DNA of 64,000 bases. Origin: Octopus vulgaris (taxonomy: Eukaryota). The translations under genes and the position numbers were made by a program. The notes below the pieces were generated by a model that saw only the letters and a program-made list of their open reading frames with translations, had not been told where the DNA came from and ran no database searches. The stretch spans positions 42,904,001-42,968,000 of the forward strand of contig OX597838.1 of the NCBI GenBank assembly GCA_951406725.2, read 5' to 3'. This document shows positions 53,841 through 64,000 of the stretch, piece after piece (the stretch's first letter is position 1; every line of letters starts with the position of its first letter).

Positions 53841-54649
53841 TACATTTCTTCTAGATTAAAACCGACAGCAACTCTTTATTATCTCCCCTGATCGAATTAA
53901 CCTCAACACAAATGAGCTGATAGGATTAACCCTGGAATGGTATTTATTTCATCGCCTCTTTCAGGGTTTGAACTCTGAATGTAGAGGAACTACACTTCTT
54001 TCCCTCTACAGCCTTTAATTAATAATCAGATCAGGACATTGCACAGAAGTTAGAAATCCCGCTGCAACAACAGGAAAATACCAGTTAGGACTGGATTCGA
54101 AGATGTTTGCCAGTAACACAAGATATTTTATGGATATCTCACTGCCTTTTTCCAAGGGACAGCTCTGCAAAATAGGGAATCCCTGGTTATGTTACAGCGC
54201 TGCCTTTAATTTTGATTGCATGCTGGCTGTGTTCATTGAATTCAGGTCAGACAACAAAAGTCATCGTCATTTAACGTCCATTTTCCCATGCCTGCATGGG
54301 TTAGATGGAATCTGTTGAGGCAGATTTTCTAGAGATGAATGCCCTTCTTGTCCCTGGCCCTTGTCTATTTCCAAGCAAGATATCATTTCCAGTGATGATA
54401 CTTACAGTCATCATGACAGGCTTCTTTCAGTTTCCTTCTGCTGACAAGGCTTTGCTTGGCCCAGGGCTGTAGTAGAAGACACTTGTCCAAAGTGTTGCAT
54501 TGTGGGATTGAATTTGAGAGTTCGTTGTTAGGAATTAAGCTTAAGCCTCATAAAAGGGGTTTTTTTTTTTAACAGACAGGGGTTCGGTTTTAAGGAGTTA
54601 AGGAGAGAAGTATCTCTCTAGATGGAAGCATTAGCCTGGCTCTGCAAAG

Positions 54650-54940
54650 GTTCCAGTTGATTCCACCAATGGAACAGACTGCTTATGGAATTAATGTGCA
54701 AGTGGTTGAGTACTCCACAAACACACACACACTCTTGATGTAGTTCTAAGAGAGATTCAGCAGGACACAGAATGTGGAAAAGCTGGCCCCCTTCTGAATT
54801 ACAGGTACGACTCATTTTTGCCAGCTGAGTGGAATGGAGCAGTGTGGAATGAAGTGTCTTGCTCAAGAGTACAACACACTGCTGGGTATTGAACTCACAA
54901 CCTTATGATTGTGAACTGAATATCCTAAACACTAAACCCC
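54650..54940 (-). mobile_element. SINE (family also near 32010-32280)
   Basis: Shared body ...GAGTACTCCACA...AGCTGGCCCC...CTCATTTTTGCCAGCTGAGTGGA...CTTGCTCAAG in both copies. Boundaries approximate. Confidence 0.65.
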
Positions 54941-55915
54941 ACACCTGCACAGAGACATTGAGCTATCATAGGTAACACTCCCAAATGGTCTGGCATCATC
55001 ATCATCATCGTTGTCATTTAACATCTGATTTCCATGCTGGCATGGGTTGGACGGTTTGACTGAGGTCTGGAGAACCAGTGGCCGCACCAGGCTTCAATCT
55101 GATCTGGCAAGGTTTCTACAGGTGGATGCCCTTCCTAATGCCAACCAAAAGTGTAGTGGGTGCTTTTTACGTGCTACTGGCACGGGAACCAGTCAGGCAG
55201 ACCTGGCATTGATCAAGTTCAGGTGATGCTTTTTATGTGCCACCGCAACAGGAGCCAATTGGTGGGTACTGGCATCGACCACATTCAGATGATGAATTTT
55301 ACGTGCCACCGGAACAGGAGCTATTCAGGGGGCACTTGGTTTTACTTGACTTAACGGGTCTTCTTAAGTATATCATATCACCCAATGCATCAAGGGTACT
55401 TTTAAATGGGCCAGACATGCAACACTGGCTGTGACCTCACTTTAGTTTCTGGGTCTTCTCAATCACAGCATATGTCCAAAGGTCTCCGTCTCCTGTCATT
55501 GCCTCTGTGAGGCCCAATGTTTGATGGTCATGCTTCACCACCTCATCCCAGGGTGTGGCACTTCCTCACATAGGTGTCCTCATCCATACGTAGCACATGA
55601 CCACACCAGTGCAGTCGTCTCTCTTGCTCAAGATGCTTCTTATGTCCAACTTTTCTCTCAGGGCACTCACACTCTGTTGTGTATGCACACTGACATTACA
55701 CATCCAGCAGATCACACTAGCTTCATTTCTTTCAAGCCTACAAATGTCCTCACCAGTCATGGCCTATGTTTCACTGCCGTTCCATGTTAAATTCATGGAG
55801 ATGTCAACACACCAGCATCAGTTGTCAAGTGATGTTGAGGTACAAACACAGACACACAAATGTACACACAAACACACATATATACATATAAACGATGATG
55901 ATGATGATATATATA

Positions 55916-55972
<57 letters not shown>

Positions 55973-56294
55973 TCACATATATACGACGGGCTTCTTTCAA
56001 TTTCCATCTACCAAATCAACTCACAAGGGTTTGGCTAGCCCGAGGCTATAGTAGAAGACACATTGCCCAAGGTGCCACGCAGTGGGACTGAACCCAGAAC
56101 CATGTGGTTCGTAGGCAAGCTACTTACCACACAGCCACTCCTATGCCTTCTTACTTTCTCTTTTTAACTGGCATTTATTTCCGTTATGTAATAGAGTTTA
56201 TTTCTTTTATTGTATGTATTTTATTACTTGCCTGGTGTATTACCTGATGTCTAATTGCCTTTCCTTTCTCTCTTCTTTTTCCTTACCTTTCTAG

Positions 56295-56393
56295 CAATGT
56301 ATTCAACAGAAACAAGAATTAATGAACACAAACAAAAAAGTACAGCAGTCTGCAGACAATATAAATAACTTCCTGCAAATATTCCAGTCTTGA
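56295..56393 (+). CDS. PHF21A: PHF21A last coding exon with stop
   Basis: cctttctag|CAA TGT...TCT TGA; QCIQQKQELMNTNKKVQQSADNINNFLQIFQS* versus human [31 protein letters not shown]. Confidence 0.9.
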   Translation, partial: QCIQQKQELMNTNKKVQQSADNINNFLQIFQS

Positions 56394-57864
56394 CTGCTAC
56401 TCCCTTGTAAATAATGAACTTCCAAAGACATTGTACATACTTTCAACTCACAAAGTAGTTCTCTTTGAGAAAGAGGACTTCACTCAACAGCCTACAATCT
56501 TAGCAGCTCAACAGTCCATTCTTCTCTTGTCTTTTTGACGACAACAGATTTCCGCTGTTGTTTGGAACGGTCTTTAATCATCTAACGATGATTATCATGT
56601 TGCATGATCAACGACCCTATTTGCGTGCTGCTGTGTTGTTCAGGGGAACAGTAACGTTGAAAGTAACCATTTTTTGTTTTGTTTTTGTTGTTTTTTTGTT
56701 TTTTTTTTTATTTTATTATATATATTTTTTTTAAAAAAGAAAATGAGATAGAAAGTGGGGATAATAATAATAATAATAATTCATTATTTCAGGCAGGTCT
56801 TCAGGGGCTAGAGAAGTATCCAGTAGGCTTTTATTATTATTATTATTTTTTTTAAAGGCATTCATCAACAAAATGATTTAAATACAGCTTCAATTTTTTT
56901 TTTTTTAATTAATTAAAGAGAAAATGTTGGAAAAGAAAAAGGAAGTTTCACAAAGAGTCACCTGACCGTTTTTAAAGTTTCTCTCAGCGCAAGTGAAAAA
57001 AAGATTATAACCAGTAAAATACAATTGACAGCTGTATTTGTTAAAACACACACACACACACACACACACAATTTGTTTACAGAATTTGGGGGTTGGGTAG
57101 CTGTTACTGTCCTTTATCAATCTACCCTGGAAAATTTGGCTGATTTAAACATTATTTCATTATTTTATTCTACCACTTTTCCTTGTCTGCTTCTGATTGT
57201 CTCTGAAAACAGACACGTATTTCACACATTAAGCCAAAACTACTTCCTCCCCTTCATTCTCCCTCCCTCCCTCCCTCTCTCTTTCTCTGAGAGTCACCAA
57301 AAAATAAGTTTTTCAATGTTTTTACTTCATTATCTCCTTTTAAATTCTCTTGTAAAGCTTACTTATGCATGGGTGTGAATGTGGTCTTTTTTATCAATTT
57401 TTTTCATTTTTAAGCTCTTAACCCTATTTGCATCCATTCAGTCATTTCTTGTTCCTTATTTCATTGGTTACTTTTTACTCTTTAAACACATCACTGCTAG
57501 TAACTATCATTACTAAAAATAATACTAGTAGTTGTAGTAGTAGTAGTAATAATAATAATAATAATAACCAGCTGGCAACTTAGTTAAACTTAATACTTTT
57601 TTTTTTTATTGTTGCAGTCAGTCGGCTTCAGTTTTCTTTCTCTTCATCTTCGCAATACAACTTGGTCAGCTTCTCACCAAAACAATTCCATACTTCATCC
57701 TCCACCCCCACCTCCCATCCTAGCACCTTTTTTTTTATCATTGAATTTTTTACTCAGCAGACAAAAGGATGATTTTGGCATCTCCAATGTGATAGATAAG
57801 AAGCAAAGAGCCAAATTAATTCTACATCTAGAACCAAGTAGTAGAAGTAGTAATAGTAATAATA

Positions 57865-57896
<32 letters not shown>

Positions 57897-58285
57897 GTAT
57901 TTGATTTTTCTCCCTTTACATATTAATTATCTTAAAAACTTTATAAGTTCAGTTCCTGATGAAGAAAAGAAGAAAAAAGAAACCAAAACGAATTGTTGAA
58001 ATATTGAATCGGGTTCTTTTGTGAAGACCCAGAATTTTTTTTTCTTTTTTTAATATATAATGGAACACCTTCAGTTGCCTAAACTCAAGAACAGTCTGTT
58101 GCCATGATATAAATTCCTTATTTGTAAATCCATTTGCTAAAAGCAATAACTGATGGTCAACTGTTTTTGCTATTTAAAGAAGAAAAAGCAACAACAACAA
58201 AAAAAACGAGCAAAGTGTTTCATGTCTGTGATAATGTAATCTTTTGGGAATGAACTAGACCCCCCCCACATCCATTTCTGCCTTT

Positions 58286-58353
<68 letters not shown>

Positions 58354-61300
58354 GAGACAGTAGAACTTTTCTGTTAGAATTTTCCAATGAAATATTCTCT
58401 CCTTCTGCATTGACTACATTTTCCCAAAATGATAAAAAAAAAAAGATTATGGTTATTTTATTCTTTTAATTTTGTATAAATTTTAACTCGTTAAACTTAT
58501 TACTAGAAAAGTTGATTTCAACATACACATTCCTATTCGTCTCTTCCATTAATAGTTGTAAAAATATTGAGTCGAGTGGTGAGTTCTCAGAAATGGTAAG
58601 ACTACTGGACAGAATACCAGAATACCATTTAGTATTTAGCCTTATCGGTTTTGTCTCTTCTTTGTTCTCAACCCAACACTCAACACGGCTGACTTTGCCT
58701 TGTATCTCATTCTCGTGATTAATGGCTTAGCATTGTCCCTTCTCGACAAAATATGACCTTCTGCCCCTCAGAAGGGAAAATATTTCTTCATCTTTGCCTC
58801 TCTCTCCTACATACATACATAGAAATATTTCGGCTAGTAATGGCACATCTTGAATGTTTGTCCAAATATGTCACAAATTGTAGCTTTTATCAATATATGG
58901 TCAATTGTCTTAGAGAAATGCATTTTGTTTGCATAACCGAATTGATGTGTGTATTTCTGTAAGCGATAGTAATACAAATAAATGATACACATTTTGAAAA
59001 ATGTTTAATAATAATAATGATAATGACCTTATTGTACCCAGTGCTCAGGTGTACTGCTGCTTATCAGAAAAAGGTAACCAAAACAGTCTATAAAATATGC
59101 CCTGGAAATGACCAATGAATAGGTTTTTAAAAAGGGGGATGAGAAGCATCAGATGTGTCGTTGACAAACTTCAGGAAGCATGGAAGATGTAGTGTCCCAA
59201 CAGCTAACAACAGGTAGTTTTTTTTTTTCCATGCTTTTGTATATCCACACATGTATACGAGTATGTTAATATTATAGTACTAAGAGTACCCTCCCTTATT
59301 CCTCAGTTGCAACAGTGTCATTGGCGACAAAACTGAATTCTGAAATGCAAACTATATTTATATCAGTGATATGCGTGAGTAGTTATTGAAATGTAAGAAA
59401 ACAAAGTGTGTAAAGCAAAGATAGAAAAAGGAAAGGGTGTGTTTGTGTATGTGTATATAGGTATGTACATTTATATATATAGGTACAGATAAAAATGAAG
59501 ATAGGACGATACCAATACAAAATAGACAATTAGATAGATTAATAAATATATGCACAGATGGTCAGACTTAATACATAATATATTACATATTAAAATGCGC
59601 TAGGGGAAGTAACTCAAATGAAATGAACTTAGACAATTAAAATAAAGTATGTACTTGCTGTAATTTTTAATTCCCCGAGTTTTCTGTTTACGGAGAGAAC
59701 AGGAATTTAAACCTGGTGGCAATTGGTAGAAACTCATAAAGAGGAGAGGAGACATGTAATGTAAATACTAGTCGATGTGTATAGGAATGTGTGTGTGTGT
59801 GTGTATTTGCAGACATTATCCTCATCATCATTTTATGTCCATTTTCCATTGTTGATGTGGATTGTGTCGTTTTGGTCTAGTCATTTCATATTCGAACTTA
59901 CTGCTTTGCCTGATGTGACAAAGGCCCATATCTCAGTTTCGGAATGGTTTCTATGGCTGGATGCCCTTCCTAACAGCATCCACATCACAGAACATCTATA
60001 CGTGTATGTATGAAAGAAAGCTCATTAGGGGACTCACTTTGATATAATCATCTTACTTTGTTGGGTTTTTTTTCCCTACTTATCATCTTAAAACGTTACA
60101 CGTGTGTGTGTATGTATATATATATATATACATACATGTTATAACTTTGTTTTATTAGCTTAGATATTCTTATTCCAGACATCCATCACCATTCTCTGGT
60201 GATTTTTCTTCTTTTTTTCTCTCCCTAATATCCTCGCTGGCTTTAGTTTATTATTTGCTGTTTTTGTTGGTTTCCAACACTATCGATGTTACTGTTTGTG
60301 CAAATCTGCTATATTACTAGGATAAATTATCCCATTCCTGGGTTTTTGTTGTGTTTTTAATATATATTTTCCTTCTATTTGATGGTTTGTCGCCCTCTGT
60401 ATACAAGAATTAAGAATTTCAACTTTTCAATTCATCTTCCTGTAAAACTATTTTTAATTAGATTCTTAAATACATTTCAAAACAAATTACTTTAGAGACA
60501 AACTTGTCTTTGTGGAGTTGGATTATCTCTAGATATATTTGCAGATTTTCATCTTTGAAATTGAATTAAAAGTATTTGGTAAAAAGTTTCACCTTGTAAA
60601 TAAGCATTAGATAATTGTTTAAGTACTGTAGAAATTAGCAATTACTGTACATTTGGACTCTAATGTTTCTGGATTTTTATTATTATTATTATTACTTTTA
60701 AGGCAATGAGCTGGCAGAATTGTTAGAGTGTCAGGAAAAATACTTTGCAGTATTTGTTTTGGCTCTTTACGTTTTGAGTTCAAATTCCTGTCAAGGTCAT
60801 GCTTGCCTTTCATCCTTTTGGGGTTGGTAAAATAAAGAACCATTTCAACAGTAGGGTAGATGTAAATTGACTTACTTCCTTCCCTGAAATTCCTGGCCTT
60901 GTGCCAAAATTTGAAATCATTATTATTATTTTTATTTTTAATGGGGGAAGACTTTTTTTTTTTCATGAAAGTCAACATTTAGTCCATTTTGATAATTTCC
61001 ATCCACTTTTAAATACCCACCCCCAACCACATCCACATACAAAACATCAAAATATTGTTCATATTTCAAATTTTTTATGTACAATCTTTTTTTTTTTGTC
61101 TTTTTACATTTCTTTAATTATATTTAAAAAAATTATATATATATATTTAGATATATATATATATATAAACATCTAAAAAAAAAAGAATTTTTTAACCAGA
61201 ATTCTATAAAAGTCAAATCAAAATCTGAATATTAACGAGAAGAAAATTTATAGATTATTAACTTAATAATCAGTGTTAGGTATTTTTGGATACAAGTGTC

Positions 61301-62500
61301 AAGTCACTGAAATGGAGAAATATTATAAATTTGTGTCTTTTAGATCTTTATATATTTTTCAGTCCATTGTTTCTTTCTTTCTCTCCCTCTCCCCCCCCCC
61401 CCCTCTCTGTTTAATTTAAAACTTTTTTCCTTCCAAACTATTGAACGTATTTTTATGACGTGGTGCTATATCAAATTGGGTAGCATGAAAATACTGGTTG
61501 TAATAAAATAAAATAAAATAAAAATGAACAGAAATTGTACAACAGTGATGTGTGATTATGAAACAAGGCTTGCCCTAATTGTAGCAGATTTTATTTCCTT
61601 TTTTTTTTATAGAAAACTAAGGAAAAAAAATGACCTTGAAAACTTTTCTTTTTTGCAAATATGTTTCCTATAAAATTCTTCCTGCTTTTCCAAATGAAAT
61701 ATCACTTGCGTGATCACAATATTTAATCTCCACATGTTCCAAATCTTCCTTAAAATTAATTCCTTCCCATTTTCTTTTCATATTTTTAATATTATATTTT
61801 TAACCATTTATTACATACATAACACACTCACACATGTATATGTAAGTGTTTGCATATATACAAGTATATATATATATGTAGGCATTCATACACATACAGC
61901 TGTACCCCTATACAAAGAGATCTCTTCAAACCCTGCCTAGAATTCTCATAGATGTCACTTTTTAGAGGATGTCACTTATTATTCTCCTCACTTCAATTTC
62001 TCCTTCATAAATTGTTTTCCCATCTTTTTTTCTTTTCTCAAACCATAAAACGATAAAATATCAAAATGGATTTATACAAAGAAACAAACTGTAAGACAAT
62101 TCTTTGAATAGCCATCTTGTTTTCATTTGTGCTGTTTCCATTTTCTTTTTCTTTCTTTCTTTCCTTTTTTTTTTAGCCAGTGATGGTCAATTTGGTCCAT
62201 AATGTGTGTGTGTGTGTGTCTGTGGGTATGTCTGTGTGTCAGTCTGCTTGATGCTGTACAGCTACCAAATTGTTCTTAATGCCCCCACTCCACCCCACCC
62301 CCACTTGCTGTCCTTAGAAGTAGCTGCAGTCCCAGCAACAGACAAGGATGATTTTAATCAAATAAAAAGAATAAATAAACTCTTTAATTAACAATGAAGA
62401 CAATTTTCTGAGCACACCCAGTGCCTTCCTCCTTTTTTTCCATTTTCTGGGTTGTCTTTAAGAAGAAAAAAAAATAATAATAAAAAATGTAAAATAAATG
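56394..62500 (+). other. Probable long 3' UTR of PHF21A with several poly(A) signals
   Basis: U/A-rich and much poorer in transposons than the introns; AATAAA at 57891, 58977, 61502 (clustered) and 62361. The true end cannot be determined from sequence. Confidence 0.45.
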
Positions 62501-64000
62501 TCAGCTCAGTACAAAAAAAGACCCCTTAAAGGTTGTGGATAGCATTCTTATGCTAAAGATTTGGCAACTGGCCATGAATTAATTTTACTGCTAGACAAAT
62601 ACTCTCTCTCTTTCTCCTCTGTCTTTCTCTCTCTTTCCTCCTCCCACCATCACCACCATTTATATTAGTCTGTATTTTTAGAGAGGTTCACCTTATATCA
62701 TAAAGGCAGTTTGATGATCATTGTAAGTGCTTTTTCTTCTTTTTTTTTCTCTCTCTCTCTCTTGTAACTAATAACTTTACGTACATATAGCTACATACAA
62801 ATAATACACATACATATATATATATGCATGCACATATGCACTCGTGTGTGCATTTGCGTGTGCGTACACACACAATATTTGCTCCTTGCAGCAAGGAAAT
62901 TCCATGTATTTCACTTTGAAGTTTTTATGAAATATTTTTTAAGAAAAAAAAAAAAAAATCAAAAAGGAAAGGAAAAGAGATTTAAAGACCAAAATAAAAA
63001 TTGGTTGATATATTTAAAAAAAGAAGAAAAGAAAAGAAAATGTAGACAAGGAAAATAATGACATCAAATCGTTCCCTTCTCTTGCTCTGTTGCTCCTCCT
63101 CTTGTGTCTTATAATCCTGTTTTAGTGAAACTAAAGGGAATTCTTTAGCTATGCAGGCACGGCCAGGCAAGGAGTTTGAAAGAATGACAACCTGAAGACT
63201 TGGGGGGGGTCACAAGAACTTCTTCACCACATGTTTACTATCAAGGCAGCTCGTTAAGTCTATATTGGCAGGTAAGCTTGCTAACACATCACCAACTGTG
63301 TATGCTACTGGTCAGTGGTCAAGTCCTCCTTACATTGGGACTATTATTGGTGAACCACTAAAAAACACTTTGGTTTTCATGCAGAATGTGTAATGCAAGT
63401 CGAGTTGAGTGGAGTTCATCGGTCTTTTAGTGAGAAAGAGGAGTTGGACTCGGTGCCACATGCTAGCACTTGTCGTTTTTTGTAGTAACGATGCTGATTA
63501 CAGCAGCTGACCGATTTTCTCCAATTGATTGGACATTCAGAGTTAAATGTCTCCACAACATTGGCACATTTGAGACCCCTGACCCTTTGGCTAATAGCAG
63601 TGAAACACATGGTGTGTGTGAATACACTCGGGGTTAACCAATGCCTTCTGAGAAAGAAATTTTATTATGATTAAAACAGTGGAAACATGTCATCTATGCA
63701 TGTGTTTTGTGTGTGTATGTGTGTATATATATATATTTTATATATATCGGTGTGTGAGTGTGTTGCCTTAAGATATATACTCATTGGTGATAAATCCATG
63801 AATCAAGCAAAAATATCCTGTGGATTTTTTTTTTTTCCAGCCAAGTTACACAGACACCCACACCCCACTTCAACTCCCCTGTCGTACTGGGCCATTGGAA
63901 AGGCAGTGAGCCTGTGTGGTTGGCCTGTTTTGGAAGCCTACAACCACCAACCCTAAGTTATTTACTCTTCACACTTTTTTAAGATGTCCCTAAGTGTTAT

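Noticed and set aside
56391-56414. Stop-codon read-through at TGA-C
   Set aside because: Context is TGACTG, not TGACTAG, and a TAA follows after six codons.

Overview
AT-rich, repeat-dense eukaryotic genomic DNA. The SINE/RTE-tail families with (CAT)n/(GAT)n tails and the very long (TA)n runs look like an octopod cephalopod genome (inference). One protein-coding gene was assembled by hand on the + strand: a PHF21A/BHC80 orthologue (LSD1-CoREST-HDAC complex subunit). It has 11 core GT-AG exons from 27491 to the stop at 56393 (1638 nt, 545 aa inside the window) encoding the end of the N-terminal coiled coil, a Q/S/P-rich region, the conserved KLxxMxSLxLVT / SKRxERKRRxTANP block, an AT-hook (KRPRG|RPPK), a PHD finger and a C-terminal coiled coil. 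The first coding exons were not found and probably lie upstream of the window, which would make 1-27490 mostly one long intron. About 6 kb of transposon-poor 3' UTR-like sequence follows the stop. Best leads: (i) a frame-preserving 33-nt candidate microexon that would split the AT-hook, paralleling the vertebrate neuronal PHF21A-n switch; (ii) a 117-nt in-frame cassette exon inside the most conserved helix; (iii) Gly at the PHD position of human D489, the residue that reads unmethylated H3K4; (iv) a compact multi-hairpin element in the 3' UTR. Introns hold Merlin-like MITEs and a transposase relic, a Helitron, hAT and Tc1/mariner MITEs, Penelope relics with hammerhead-like motifs, LINE fragments, many SINEs and a 340-bp palindrome. 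Nearly all supplied ORFs are microsatellite or repeat artefacts. Comparisons to human PHF21A are from memory of the sequence; no searches were run.
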